From: a virus
Taxonomy: Duplodnaviria; Caudoviricetes
Length of the DNA stretch: 64,000 nucleotides
Direction: 5' to 3' (one strand)
Virus record (IMG/VR): IMGVR_UViG_3300008262_000055
Below are positions 19,111 to 29,302 of the stretch, piece by piece. A program made the translations under genes and the position numbers. The notes under the pieces are model-generated. The model worked only from the letters and a program-made list of their open reading frames with translations. It made no database searches and was not told the origin of the DNA. Positions within the stretch are counted from its first letter, which is position 1. Each line of letters opens with the position of its first letter.

Positions 19111-20907
19111 ATGACATACCGCGTAGACAGATATAACGGAACTTTTTTAACGAATGTTGCTGACGGCACCATCGATAATACTACGGATTTAAAATTTGTA
19201 GGCAGGAACTATACAGGCTACGGCGAAGTACAAAACGAAAATTTTCTTCATTTATTAGAAAATTTTGCTAACACAATACCGCCATCTAAGCCAATCTTAG
19301 GACAGATATGGTTTGATTCTGTTAATAAAAAATTAAAATTCTACGATGGAACAAAATTTAAAGTAGCCAGTGGTGCTGAAATAGCGTCAACGCCTCCTCC
19401 AGGACTAACAGCAGGCGATTTATGGTTTGATACTAATACTAATCAATTATCAGCTTGGAACGGGTCAAGCTTCGTGCTAATTGGACCTCAGAGTGCTCCA
19501 GGATTTGGTACTTCACAGATTGTTACTCAGGTTGTAAAAGATTCCAATAACACCAGTCATGTTATCCTACGTGCTGTAGTTGGCGGAGTTACCACAGCTA
19601 TTTTCAGCAATGATGACGATTTTACTTTATCAACTTCAAATAACATAGCAGGTTTTTCAGAAACAGGACGACAAGTTAAAAAAGGTGTTACTTTAAATTC
19701 TGTAAATTCTACAGGTGTAAGTACCGGTCAAGTATTTTGGGGCACAGCTAGTGATGCTCTTAAACTAGGTGGCGTATCTCCGTCTAATTATATTCGTTCA
19801 GACATTGAAGGCGGATTTAATAACACTATTGGGTTCCAGGCAGGTTTAACTGTTGGAACTAGTACAAGAAAAGACCTTAAAATTTATGTAAATTCATCTG
19901 TTGGCCAACAACCGATTATTGAAAATCAAATTAATGGTCAAATTTTAGTTAGAATAAGTGCTGGTGGTTCAAACGTCGATAAAGACGATATGATGATATT
20001 TTCTAGGCAGATATATGACGTTGCCGATCCAGACTCGGAATTTTGTATTTTACCTGGGTCTACATCAAAGTATAATCTAGGTTACAGTGGTAAAAGATGG
20101 AATAAAATTTACGCTAATCATCTATTTGGCGATGTTGAAGGAAATGTAACAGGAAATAGTACTGGTGTACACAAAGGCAGCGTTAGAGACAATTCAAATG
20201 TTATTTCTTTTGATGCTGACACAAGAACATTTTATGGAAGATTCGAAGGCGAATTTGCCGGTCCTATTGTAGGTCAAGCTTCTTCGGCTATCAGTGCTAC
20301 TAGATTACAAGTAGGATCTAACATTTATAACCCTAGTGAGTTGGCCCTTCCTGGTTCGGCATCAATACCAATTAGAACTTCAATAGGAACTATCAGTGCT
20401 GTATTGTTTAATGGTACATCAACTAACAGTCAAGCAATCGAAGGAAGATTACCGTCTGTAGAAAAAGATCCTGATACTGTAGTACTTAGAACAGCAGGAG
20501 CGGATATAAATGCTAGATTTTTTAACGGTACGTCTACTAGTTCTAGATACGCTGACTTAGCTGAAAAATACCTCGCAGATAAAGAATACGCTGTAGGCAC
20601 AGTAGTAGCAGTAGGCGGAGAAGCAGAAGTACGGGAAGCACAATTTGGAGATAGAGCCATAGGCGTTGTTTCAGAAAACCCTGCGTTCAGAATGAATGAG
20701 GATTTAACAAACGGCACATATATAGCATTAAAGGGAAGAGTTCCAGTCAAAGTTACTGGATCCATTAGGAAAGGAGACAGATTGGTAGCTGCTAATAACG
20801 GATGTGCTATTCATGCTAGTTTCCATCAGTACCCAGATGTTTTTGCTATTGCTCTAGAATCTTCAGATGATGTAGGAACAAAAATAGTAGAAGCTTTAGT
20901 ATTATAA
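19111..20907 (+). CDS. Tail fibre/spike protein (paralog 5) with C-terminal autocleaving chaperone-like domain
   Basis: Shared N-module GRNYTGYGEVQNENFLHLLENFA; C-terminal RYADLAEKY..GTVVAVGG..AIGVVS..IALKGRVPVKV..GDRLV resembles peptidase-G2-type intramolecular chaperones. Confidence 0.75.
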   Translation: MTYRVDRYNGTFLTNVADGTIDNTTDLKFVGRNYTGYGEVQNENFLHLLENFANTIPPSKPILGQIWFDSVNKKLKFYDGTKFKVASGAEIASTPPPGLTAGDLWFDTNTNQLSAWNGSSFVLIGPQSAPGFGTSQIVTQVVKDSNNTSHVILRAVVGGVTTAIFSNDDDFTLSTSNNIAGFSETGRQVKKGVTLNSVNSTGVSTGQVFWGTASDALKLGGVSPSNYIRSDIEGGFNNTIGFQAGLTVGTSTRKDLKIYVNSSVGQQPIIENQINGQILVRISAGGSNVDKDDMMIFSRQIYDVADPDSEFCILPGSTSKYNLGYSGKRWNKIYANHLFGDVEGNVTGNSTGVHKGSVRDNSNVISFDADTRTFYGRFEGEFAGPIVGQASSAISATRLQVGSNIYNPSELALPGSASIPIRTSIGTISAVLFNGTSTNSQAIEGRLPSVEKDPDTVVLRTAGADINARFFNGTSTSSRYADLAEKYLADKEYAVGTVVAVGGEAEVREAQFGDRAIGVVSENPAFRMNEDLTNGTYIALKGRVPVKVTGSIRKGDRLVAANNGCAIHASFHQYPDVFAIALESSDDVGTKIVEALVL

Positions 20908-20916
20908 GGAAAAAAA

Positions 20917-22017
20917 ATGCCGACAATTACGCCGGGTGTAACACCAATATCGTTTAGCGATTGGGACAAAATTATTTCTACAATTACTAGAGCTAATCCG
21001 GGAGTAGTTACCACATCAACAAACCACGGATTCGCAAACGGTGATATTATATTCCTTTCAGGATTACCGGGGCTTTGGGCTAGCGAAGCAGCAGGGCTAG
21101 AAGGACAATACTTTGAAGTTACAAGTGCTACATCAAACACTTTTTCCCTTAAAGACTCACAGTTGGACGGCTTAGGATTGCCACCGTACCCGTCAAATAA
21201 CGGAACAGTTACTCAACCTATAGTACATAAAAGCCAATTTGACAGAATTAAAGTAGATCTTGATGCTGTATATCAACACATTTTTGGAATTAATTCTGGA
21301 GCATCATCGCCAACACGAGCGACCACAATACAGGGAAATGTATATAATCAATATTATACAGGTATAGATACAGCCTTATCTAAAAAATTAGTTTTAAAAA
21401 CATATGAATCTGTACTGATAGCTACTAGAAGCCAAACATCCAACTGGGGTGACGGTGCCTCTGGTATCGATGCTACGTTTACAGTAACGTGGCCTGATGA
21501 GTTGAAATTTTTTCAATATTGGAATACTGGCGGATATTTAAAATTTAGTATTATTATTTCTAACCAAACAACCACAGGGGCTCAGAACAATAAGGAAGTG
21601 GCATGGACAAGTCTAATAAACAATAACTTTCCTATGTATTATACGGGATTTACTAAAGCGGTCATGGGCTACGACTCAACAACTTTTATTGAAAACAGAA
21701 CATCTGATACAAATAATTTTACAGAAGAAGGAGCATTCACTTCATCTACGGCTGGATTTACACAAATTTATCTAAAAAATTCAACTACTAGTCCGTATAC
21801 ATCAAACTACATTCGCATGGAACACTTTAGAGTAGTAGGTCAACCAAACGCAATTCAATTTAATTTGTTATTACAAGACCAGGTTTCAAATGCTTTTACT
21901 TCAGGTGTAACAGCAGATATAACATTCAATATTAATGCTGTCTATACCAAAACTCCAATCCCTCTCGGATGGGATCCTTCTACACAGATTACCTGTTCAT
22001 TCACTAATACCCTATAA
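20917..22017 (+). CDS. Virion structural protein with FCCH-like beta domain
   Basis: ITRANPGVVTTSTNHGFANGDIIFLSG..FEVTSATSNTFSL resembles the E1-FCCH-like beta module found in phage structural proteins. Confidence 0.55.
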   Translation: MPTITPGVTPISFSDWDKIISTITRANPGVVTTSTNHGFANGDIIFLSGLPGLWASEAAGLEGQYFEVTSATSNTFSLKDSQLDGLGLPPYPSNNGTVTQPIVHKSQFDRIKVDLDAVYQHIFGINSGASSPTRATTIQGNVYNQYYTGIDTALSKKLVLKTYESVLIATRSQTSNWGDGASGIDATFTVTWPDELKFFQYWNTGGYLKFSIIISNQTTTGAQNNKEVAWTSLINNNFPMYYTGFTKAVMGYDSTTFIENRTSDTNNFTEEGAFTSSTAGFTQIYLKNSTTSPYTSNYIRMEHFRVVGQPNAIQFNLLLQDQVSNAFTSGVTADITFNINAVYTKTPIPLGWDPSTQITCSFTNTL

Positions 22018-22020
22018 TCC

Positions 22021-22056
22021 AGTTAGCTCGGCATATATAATTTGTCGAGCTAAACT
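22021..22056 (+). promoter_or_regulatory. Stable hairpin abutting the start codon of ORF 22057
   Basis: TTAGCTCGGCA (22023-33) pairs with TGTCGAGCTAA (22043-53): 11 bp with one G-U. TATAAT lies in the loop; there is no U-tail. Confidence 0.6.
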
Positions 22057-22380
22057 ATGGAAAAATCTCTTGAACTTATAATTAAAAAATCTGATAGATT
22101 ATTATCAGCTAAAATCAAACGACAGACTCTTAAGGAGAGGTTTGATGCTGATATTACATTTGGATATAATGGTGGAATTTTTAAAGTTGATCAGCAGCTG
22201 ATAACTTATACGAATTTCTTATTATCTTTAGACAAACAACATAATGTAATACTATTAGATATCAATCAAACACCTATTGTAATAGACGATCTATCTAAAT
22301 TTCAAAAAGATATTTTAGAAAGATATTTTATGGCACTGGGGCGATACAATGCCGGATACCAAGATTTAAAAAATGGATAA
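22057..22380 (+). CDS. Hypothetical protein
   Basis: 107 aa ORF leading the glycosyltransferase block; overlaps the next start. Confidence 0.6.
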   Translation: MEKSLELIIKKSDRLLSAKIKRQTLKERFDADITFGYNGGIFKVDQQLITYTNFLLSLDKQHNVILLDINQTPIVIDDLSKFQKDILERYFMALGRYNAGYQDLKNG

Positions 22381-23146
22381 AGGTATAGTAATATTTGGTC
22401 ATAATTCTAAAGATATAGATTATGTTAAATTATCTGATATGGCAGCAGGATATGCTGTAAAAAAATTAAATGTTCCTGTAACACTAATTACTGATCATAA
22501 ATCTGTAACCAATAGTCAATCCAAATTAAAAAATATAGATAATCTTTTAGTTGTAGACAGGCCACCTAGTGTCAATACAAGACAACTTCTAGGGCAGCAT
22601 ATAGATTTTATCAATACCAACAGACATCTAGCTTTTAAATATTCTCCGTATGATCGTACCTTATTAATTGATTCAGATCTTTTTATCCTTACAGATAGAT
22701 TAAACGCATACTGGAATTCAGATAAAGAATTTTTAATAACCGAAGGAATGATTCCGATTGGTGATCGATTATCTTCAGACACTGTAAAATTATCACCAAC
22801 AACTATAACTATGCGATGGGCGACAGCCATTATGTTTTCTAAAACTGACACGGTTGAAAATATTTTTAAAGTAGTAGAATATGTTAAAGAAAATTGGTTT
22901 TACTTTATTGATCTTTACAATTTGCCCCCTACTAGTTTTAGGAATGATTTTGCTTTTACCATAGCCAATCATATTGTTTACGGATTCTTGCCCGCAGATA
23001 ATTTTTTACCAAGTCCTATGATGGCACTAGAAAATTTAAAAGTTAAACAATTTAATAACGATAATATTGTTATTGACAAATACACTATTGATACTGATGT
23101 TCATATTATGGACAAATTTAGTTTACAGGATAGTATATATGAATAA
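22373..23146 (+). CDS. GT-A fold glycosyltransferase-like protein
   Basis: N-terminal GIVIF..Y..LS pattern; RTLLIDSDLFI (DxD); NDFAFTIA. Confidence 0.65.
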   Translation: MDKGIVIFGHNSKDIDYVKLSDMAAGYAVKKLNVPVTLITDHKSVTNSQSKLKNIDNLLVVDRPPSVNTRQLLGQHIDFINTNRHLAFKYSPYDRTLLIDSDLFILTDRLNAYWNSDKEFLITEGMIPIGDRLSSDTVKLSPTTITMRWATAIMFSKTDTVENIFKVVEYVKENWFYFIDLYNLPPTSFRNDFAFTIANHIVYGFLPADNFLPSPMMALENLKVKQFNNDNIVIDKYTIDTDVHIMDKFSLQDSIYE

Positions 23147-23990
23147 TGATTTTGGTTATCTAATTATAATTTCTAAAAGTCAAACTCATAGGTACGATCT
23201 GATGGCAGTATTATTGGCTCAATCTATAAAACGTACTCAAAAACAGGGATATGATAAGATAGCTTTAGTAACAGATGATCAAGATAAATTATCATGGTTT
23301 AAAGGTATGCCTTATTTTGATTCTGTAATTTTTTGGGATAAAAAATCACACTGGGACGGCAGGTCTTATATGGACGAATTGTCACCTTGGAAATTTACAG
23401 TATGTTTAGATACTGATATGATTTTTTTCCGCGATACCAGTCACTGGGTTGATTATTTTATTAGAGAAAATTATCTATATGTTGCTAATAAAGTTTTACA
23501 ATATAATGGTGAGCTAATGACTAACGATCATTGTAGAAAAACTTTTACAGACAACAATCTTCCTATGCTTTATTCTGGTTATACTTTTTTTGCTAAAAAT
23601 GAAAAATCTAAAGATTTTTTTGACTTAGGTAGGACAATAATAGAAAATCCTAAAGAATTTAAGAATTTCTTTCTTTATAATAATATTCCTGAAGTTGTAG
23701 GTACAGACGAAGCATTTGCTCTAGCTGCTAAAATTTTAGATATAGACAACGATATATCCTATCCTTTAGAATTTCCAAGATTTACCCATTTAAAATCTAT
23801 ATTACAAGATGAAGTCACTGGAACAATTAAAGATGATCTTGGATATTACTTTAATGAAAAAATTTTTAAAATTGGAATTTTTAATCAAATAGATATTTTA
23901 CATTATTCTGATAAAGATATTGACATTAGTACTTTAATACAATCTTACCAAGATGAATTTTTAAAGAATATGAAGGTCAGTCATGAATAA
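23139..23990 (+). CDS. GT-A fold glycosyltransferase-like protein (paralog of 22373)
   Basis: Likely start MNNDFGYL at 23139; TVCLDTDMIF (DxD); GTDEAFALA; LHY near the C-terminus. Confidence 0.65.
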   Translation: MNNDFGYLIIISKSQTHRYDLMAVLLAQSIKRTQKQGYDKIALVTDDQDKLSWFKGMPYFDSVIFWDKKSHWDGRSYMDELSPWKFTVCLDTDMIFFRDTSHWVDYFIRENYLYVANKVLQYNGELMTNDHCRKTFTDNNLPMLYSGYTFFAKNEKSKDFFDLGRTIIENPKEFKNFFLYNNIPEVVGTDEAFALAAKILDIDNDISYPLEFPRFTHLKSILQDEVTGTIKDDLGYYFNEKIFKIGIFNQIDILHYSDKDIDISTLIQSYQDEFLKNMKVSHE

Positions 23991-24555
23991 TCTTTACATT
24001 CTTTTTGATATATTATCAGGAACCATTATAAAGGTATCATCTACAGAAATAGAAAACGATCTTGATTCAAGACAATCTATAAAAGTAGACCAACATATCT
24101 TAGATCACTTAAATGAAAGTAACTCTTTTGAAAGGTTATTTACGGATTTTAAAGCCTTCATAACAGATAAAGGCCTACGTATTGTTGATCAACGTAAAAC
24201 CACTGCCGATAAAACTTATAATAAATTATTACCTATACCATATATACATAGATTACAAGACGCTGTAGCAGATCTTAAACTAGAAATTACCAGTTTAGAA
24301 AATAAACCAGTATTAAAAATTAAATTATTAGCAGAAAAAGATATTCGGTTAAATCCTTACAAGAATAAAACCTATATACATCTAACAGAAAAAAATGACG
24401 TTAATGGTCATTATCAAACTTTTGAAATTGATCTCAATAAGTTTGATGATGAAATAATTTTTGATATTGATCGTTGCGATTATAAAAAATTATTTGCCAA
24501 TCAAATTAGTTTTTATCATCGTAAAAAAATGAACATAGTGTATACAATTATATGA
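23983..24555 (+). CDS. Hypothetical protein
   Basis: 190 aa, overlapping both neighbours in the operon. Confidence 0.6.
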   Translation: MNNLYILFDILSGTIIKVSSTEIENDLDSRQSIKVDQHILDHLNESNSFERLFTDFKAFITDKGLRIVDQRKTTADKTYNKLLPIPYIHRLQDAVADLKLEITSLENKPVLKIKLLAEKDIRLNPYKNKTYIHLTEKNDVNGHYQTFEIDLNKFDDEIIFDIDRCDYKKLFANQISFYHRKKMNIVYTII

Positions 24556-25469
24556 AAACATCTGATCTAGATATTATTTTTATTTCTTATGACGAACCTA
24601 ACGGAGATTTTAATTATGCTGATCTCTGTAATAAAGTTCCTTATGCTAAACGAGTTCACGGAATTAAGGGCAGCGATAACGCTCATAAAGCTGCGGCAGA
24701 GTTAGCTGAGTCTGATTGGTTTGTTACAGTCGATGGAGATAACATAGTTGATGATAAATTTTTTCATATAGAAATAAATGAAACACCAACTATACAAGTG
24801 TACGGCTGGTCTGGAGAAAATATTATTAACAATCTACGCTATGGCAACGGTGGATTAAAAGTTTGGAAAAAAGATTTTGTTTTGAATATGCGTACCCACG
24901 AAGCAGCTATTGAATCTAAAGCACAAGTTGATTTTTGCTGGGAAGAAGGTTATTTAAATCATCCTACAGTTTTCAGTAAAACTGTTATAAATTCTACACC
25001 ATTCCAGGCATGGAGAGCAGGCTTCCGCGAAGGTGTAAAGATGTTGTTGAAAGACGGAGTAAAGGTCGATAGTACAGCAATTACTAATCAAATATACTGG
25101 CACAATCTACATAGATTAAAAATTTGGTCTTGTGTTGGCGACCATGTTGAAAATGGTATCTATGCGATGCTTGGTGCTAGAGCAGGAAGCTATATGACTT
25201 ATTGTACTGATTGGAATCACATAGAAGTTAGAGACTTTGAATGTTTAAAAAACATATACGAAGAACAGTATGCTGGCATTGAAGGTAATAGAAATCAAAT
25301 TTTAGAAAAGTTAGAATTTTTATCTTTTGAAATCCAAGCAGGCATCGGGTTACAGTTAACTACTTTTGATGCTGATCAAAGTAGATACTTTACTGATCTG
25401 TATGCTGAAACAGTAGCACTAGGGCAGACATACTATAATAAGGATCCTGTGTGGAAAAGTTCTTTTTAA
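24552..25469 (+). CDS. Glycosyltransferase-like protein (GT2-like)
   Basis: FISYDEPN..WFVTVDGDNIV (DxD)..YGNGGLK..FQAWRAGFREGVK. Confidence 0.6.
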   Translation: MKTSDLDIIFISYDEPNGDFNYADLCNKVPYAKRVHGIKGSDNAHKAAAELAESDWFVTVDGDNIVDDKFFHIEINETPTIQVYGWSGENIINNLRYGNGGLKVWKKDFVLNMRTHEAAIESKAQVDFCWEEGYLNHPTVFSKTVINSTPFQAWRAGFREGVKMLLKDGVKVDSTAITNQIYWHNLHRLKIWSCVGDHVENGIYAMLGARAGSYMTYCTDWNHIEVRDFECLKNIYEEQYAGIEGNRNQILEKLEFLSFEIQAGIGLQLTTFDADQSRYFTDLYAETVALGQTYYNKDPVWKSSF

Positions 25470-26134
25470 GTTATGATGATCCTAATCTAGCTGAAAATTT
25501 TTTAGTAGCTAGATCTAAAATAAACGATCTTAATCTTTTTACTACAAAAGAGGGTATAGCTAAATCTCATAAACTCTGCGGTGACCAATCTCTAACAGAC
25601 ATGTTTTTAGTCATAGATTCGGACGCTTATCTGCTTGATAGTTTTAGAATGTCACAAGTCTACGACAGTATCAATGAACCTAATAAGATGTATATTTTTT
25701 CTGCTAGAAATCCCATAAATGATTTAGAATACGGGCACGGTGCTATAAAAATATTTCGAAAATCTTTTTTTACTGATGCAGAAGTCGTTGATTTTTCTAC
25801 AAGTTTTTTTGGTAAGATCGAACATGTAAACTTAACTTTAAATATACATCGTTTTAATTCTAGTGAATTTCATACTTGGCGTACAGCATTTAGAGAATGT
25901 GTAAAGCTGTCGTCCTCTGTAATTAAAAATAGAAATAAGTATGATGACGAATATAGGTTAGAAACTTGGTGTGAAAAAGCCAACGGAAATGATTTTTCTC
26001 AGGAATGTCTAAATGGTGCTCGAGAAGGTAGGGAGTATGGTTACAGATTTAAACACAGTGTTGATGATCTAAAAAAGATAAATGATTTTAATTTTTTAAA
26101 AGAACAATATGTTTTGGCAACGAGACCCGAATAA
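25451..26134 (+). CDS. Glycosyltransferase-like protein (paralog of 24552)
   Basis: FLSYDDPN..FLVIDSDAY..YGHGAIK..FHTWRTAFRECVK aligns motif-for-motif with 24552. Confidence 0.6.
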   Translation: MEKFFLSYDDPNLAENFLVARSKINDLNLFTTKEGIAKSHKLCGDQSLTDMFLVIDSDAYLLDSFRMSQVYDSINEPNKMYIFSARNPINDLEYGHGAIKIFRKSFFTDAEVVDFSTSFFGKIEHVNLTLNIHRFNSSEFHTWRTAFRECVKLSSSVIKNRNKYDDEYRLETWCEKANGNDFSQECLNGAREGREYGYRFKHSVDDLKKINDFNFLKEQYVLATRPE

Positions 26135-27494
26135 AAAGTATATTAAGATTGCTAATCAATTAGACAAAACAGGTAAAGGTTTTTGTCTAGCTAAATGGCA
26201 CATGGTGACTATTCATCTTCACACAGGTGACAATCACAGTTGTTATCATCCGTCTATGCATAGAGTTAGTGTTGACGAAGTTAACGATAATCCCGCAGCA
26301 TTACACAACAGTAATTACAAAAAACAGCAAAGAAAATTAATGTTAGAGGGAGAACGTCCTTCAGAATGTAGTTATTGTTGGGCGTTAGAAGACCTAGGAC
26401 AAATTAGCGATAGACATCTAAGAAGTTGGGAATTTGAAAATACTATGCCTAGCATTAACCAGGTAAAAAATTTACCATGGGATGCTGATGTTTACCCTAG
26501 ATATATGGAATTAAGTTTTGGATCAGAATGCCAAATGAAGTGTATGTATTGTGCTCCAACTATTAGCAGTGCGTGGGAAGGTGAGATTAAAAAACATGGA
26601 GAATATCCTTTACAATATTTGCCCAACCGCAGACAGTATTCAATAAATCCTAAAGCAAGAACTGTATATAAAGAGGAAAATAATCCTTACATTGATGCGT
26701 TTTGGAAATGGTTTCCCGAATGCTACAAAAATTTAGAGACTCTTAGAGTCACTGGTGGCGAACCATTATTAAGCACAAACTTTATAAAGATGCTAGATTA
26801 TATTGAAAATAATCCAAGGCCAGATTTACAGTTTGCTATTAATAGCAATATGAGTGTACCCCAACGTAATCTTGATAAATTTATTCATCGTGCTAAATCG
26901 TTAAAAGAAAATAAAAAAGTAAAAGAAATAATGCTTTATACTAGTGTTGATACTTGGGGCAATCAAGCAGAATATATTAGGAATGGTTTAGATTTAGTTC
27001 AGTGGGAAAACAATATTCATAGGTATCTAAACGAAGTTCCAAATAGCAAATTAGGTTTCATGATAACTGTAAATCTTTTAAGCATTTACAATTTTGAAGA
27101 ATTATTAGATAAAATATTAGAGTTGCGTAAAAAGTATAACACTCGCTTTAACAGAAGAATACAAATTGATACTCCCTATCTTTTAGAACCACCACATTTA
27201 AGTCTTCAGATAGCCAATGATGATCAAATTAACCGACTGTATAAAGCTGTTGAATATATGTCAACACAAGTTGATAATTTAAGTTATAAACAATTTGATA
27301 GCACAGAATTATCTAAATTTCAGCGTGTAGCTAAATGGGCAGAAGATAATAGATACAGTCAAGATCTATTGCCTACTTTAAGAAAAGATTTTGTTTCTTT
27401 TGTCGATGAACATGATAAGAGACGAGGAACGAACTTTTTAAGTACGTTCCCCGAAATGGAAAGTATTTACAATCAGTGGAAAGTTACTGATTAA
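26109..27494 (+). CDS. Radical SAM protein with N-terminal auxiliary Cys cluster
   Basis: CQMKCMYC (CxxxCxxC) and TGGEPLL; N-terminal CLAKW..SCYH..CSYC resembles a SPASM/twitch segment. Confidence 0.85.
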   Translation: MFWQRDPNKKYIKIANQLDKTGKGFCLAKWHMVTIHLHTGDNHSCYHPSMHRVSVDEVNDNPAALHNSNYKKQQRKLMLEGERPSECSYCWALEDLGQISDRHLRSWEFENTMPSINQVKNLPWDADVYPRYMELSFGSECQMKCMYCAPTISSAWEGEIKKHGEYPLQYLPNRRQYSINPKARTVYKEENNPYIDAFWKWFPECYKNLETLRVTGGEPLLSTNFIKMLDYIENNPRPDLQFAINSNMSVPQRNLDKFIHRAKSLKENKKVKEIMLYTSVDTWGNQAEYIRNGLDLVQWENNIHRYLNEVPNSKLGFMITVNLLSIYNFEELLDKILELRKKYNTRFNRRIQIDTPYLLEPPHLSLQIANDDQINRLYKAVEYMSTQVDNLSYKQFDSTELSKFQRVAKWAEDNRYSQDLLPTLRKDFVSFVDEHDKRRGTNFLSTFPEMESIYNQWKVTD

Positions 27495-28152
27495 TAAAAT
27501 CTTTAGTTAACGGAAATATTTCAGCAATTACTCTAGCACAAGCAATAGCAACTTCTTGATGTTCTAGTTGTGTGCCATTAGCACTACGTAATTCAATAAA
27601 GTGAATCCAGCTACGTAGTGTACCATTCATATATAATCGACTTTCTGTAAGGCCTTCTGGTAGCACAGCACGAGCTTGCTCTTTAGCTATGCCTCGAGCG
27701 ATAGCCCATTGATAGGCACTTCGGGCGTAGTCAATGACCTGCTGTTGTTGATGTTCCCAATCTCTTTGTAGGCGTTCATCATCTGTTTGGATACTATTTT
27801 GTCTGTTTTTTGTGTCTTGAAGTCTAGCTTCTCTTGTAACGAACGCCAAATCTTGAGTTGGGTCAGCATAGCGTTGACTGAACTCTTGGAAACTAAAACT
27901 TCTGTGTCGCAAGATTTGTCTTGCGATATCTCTTGTGGTTGTGATTTCAATACAGGCTGAGACCATTTCGAGTGGGCTCCAGTGTTGGTGTTTGACCAAG
28001 TATCTGATGAGTTTCTCTGATGTTTCGGTGTTAAGTTGGTTGCTGGGATTGCTGACACGGGCACAATACGCAATGAGTTCCTGTGCATCCGAGATGCCCA
28101 TGTCTCTAAATTCACCTGTTGGCTGGGAATAGGATAAAAGTTTAACATTCAT
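27484..28152 (-). CDS. thyX: Flavin-dependent thymidylate synthase
   Basis: RHRSFSFQEFS (RHRx7S), HWSPLE, EQARAVLP. Confidence 0.95.
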   Translation of the reverse strand: MNVKLLSYSQPTGEFRDMGISDAQELIAYCARVSNPSNQLNTETSEKLIRYLVKHQHWSPLEMVSACIEITTTRDIARQILRHRSFSFQEFSQRYADPTQDLAFVTREARLQDTKNRQNSIQTDDERLQRDWEHQQQQVIDYARSAYQWAIARGIAKEQARAVLPEGLTESRLYMNGTLRSWIHFIELRSANGTQLEHQEVAIACARVIAEIFPLTKDFINQ

Positions 28153-28463
28153 TTGTCACCTAATATATTTTTTGTTATTTTTAAAACGTCTTGTTTAAGC
28201 CTATCAATATCGACCTGAAAATTGATAGTTACGATTTCCTCCTGAAAGTCTTTTATACCTTCAGAAAGTCTTTCCAAAATATCGTCCTCGTCAACTAAAT
28301 CTAGTTGTTCCGGAACATCTATTTCCCAAACTCTGCCATCCTGAAATGTTAGCTCGACGCCATGAATATACTTAATGGGCATTGAGCTCATGTATATCTC
28401 TTCAAATACTTCAGGCCATTCTTTTATAACATCTTTTGGTGGCTTAAAGTATTTTTTAGGCAC
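28149..28463 (-). CDS. Hypothetical protein
   Basis: 104 aa acidic ORF with overlapping start and stop. Confidence 0.6.
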   Translation of the reverse strand: MPKKYFKPPKDVIKEWPEVFEEIYMSSMPIKYIHGVELTFQDGRVWEIDVPEQLDLVDEDDILERLSEGIKDFQEEIVTINFQVDIDRLKQDVLKITKNILGDK

Positions 28464-29076
28464 TAGCTTCTTCTGATACCTTTACTGTCTTTTTCTTTGG
28501 CGGATCTAGGTCGTCTGCTTGCTTACGTAGTCTTGCAGCTTCTTTATACATAGCATCTGCTTGACTTCTGTAAGATTTAGCTAGATCAGTATCAGAAAGC
28601 ACACCGGCATTGTCTTGTGCTACAGGAGCAGCAGTTTCCATCAAATCTTTTACTTTTGCTACTTCTTTAACTTCAGATTTAGCAGGACCGTCAGTAATAG
28701 CTAGATCTTCTACCTTAACCCCTCTTTGCTCTGCGATTAGTTTGTTTAACTCATCTAAGGGCATTATTGTAGTTGGGTTTGGAGTCATCTCTACATCTTT
28801 AGTTGCTACTTTAACTAAATTTCTACCTTGATGTAGGGCTGGTAGCATTGGTTTACCATCAGCAAAATAACGGATTGAAAGGATCTCTCCAAATTCAAAT
28901 GTGTCTTGTGCTTGTTGGCTTTCAACTAAGTCGATGATCGAGTTATGATAACTATCATCGAGGCCGGAAGTTCCAACTACGAGACAATGATCTGGATCAT
29001 TAGGTAATGTTTTGAAAACTACAAGGACTTTAGCCTTGTTGGTCTTCATACGGCCAAGATGTTTTAAATTAACCAT
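28456..29076 (-). CDS. Hypothetical protein
   Basis: 206 aa in the tightly packed - strand run. Confidence 0.65.
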   Translation of the reverse strand: MVNLKHLGRMKTNKAKVLVVFKTLPNDPDHCLVVGTSGLDDSYHNSIIDLVESQQAQDTFEFGEILSIRYFADGKPMLPALHQGRNLVKVATKDVEMTPNPTTIMPLDELNKLIAEQRGVKVEDLAITDGPAKSEVKEVAKVKDLMETAAPVAQDNAGVLSDTDLAKSYRSQADAMYKEAARLRKQADDLDPPKKKTVKVSEEASA

Positions 29077-29302
29077 TTTCTTTTTGTCCTTCTGGTTTTG
29101 GTGTTACACTGTCTAAGAACGATGCTAATCTGTTATAAACCTTTCCAACAGATTCCATCTCTGCTGCTTTAAAAGCACCTCGCTGTGTAGCAACATCAAC
29201 AATGGTGCGTAACGCACCTAGGTCATTAATAGTAAGCTCTGGAGCTTTGGTCTCTGGCTGTTGCGGCTGAGCCTGGTCTTGTTTCACTTCTTCTGTCATC
29301 AT
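29069..29302 (-). CDS. Hypothetical protein
   Basis: 77 aa; GGAG upstream; overlapping neighbours. Confidence 0.6.
   Translation of the reverse strand: MMTEEVKQDQAQPQQPETKAPELTINDLGALRTIVDVATQRGAFKAAEMESVGKVYNRLASFLDSVTPKPEGQKENG

Noticed and set aside
509-22851. Many short - strand ORFs opposite the structural genes (for example 509-817, 10729-11112, 15265-15513, 20430-20765)
   Set aside because: They are antisense shadows of long + strand genes with no SD or recognisable motifs.
27484-27494. Regulatory meaning of the convergent overlap between the radical SAM gene and thyX
   Set aside because: It is an 11-nt overlap of stop regions with no hairpin, which is ordinary compact packing.
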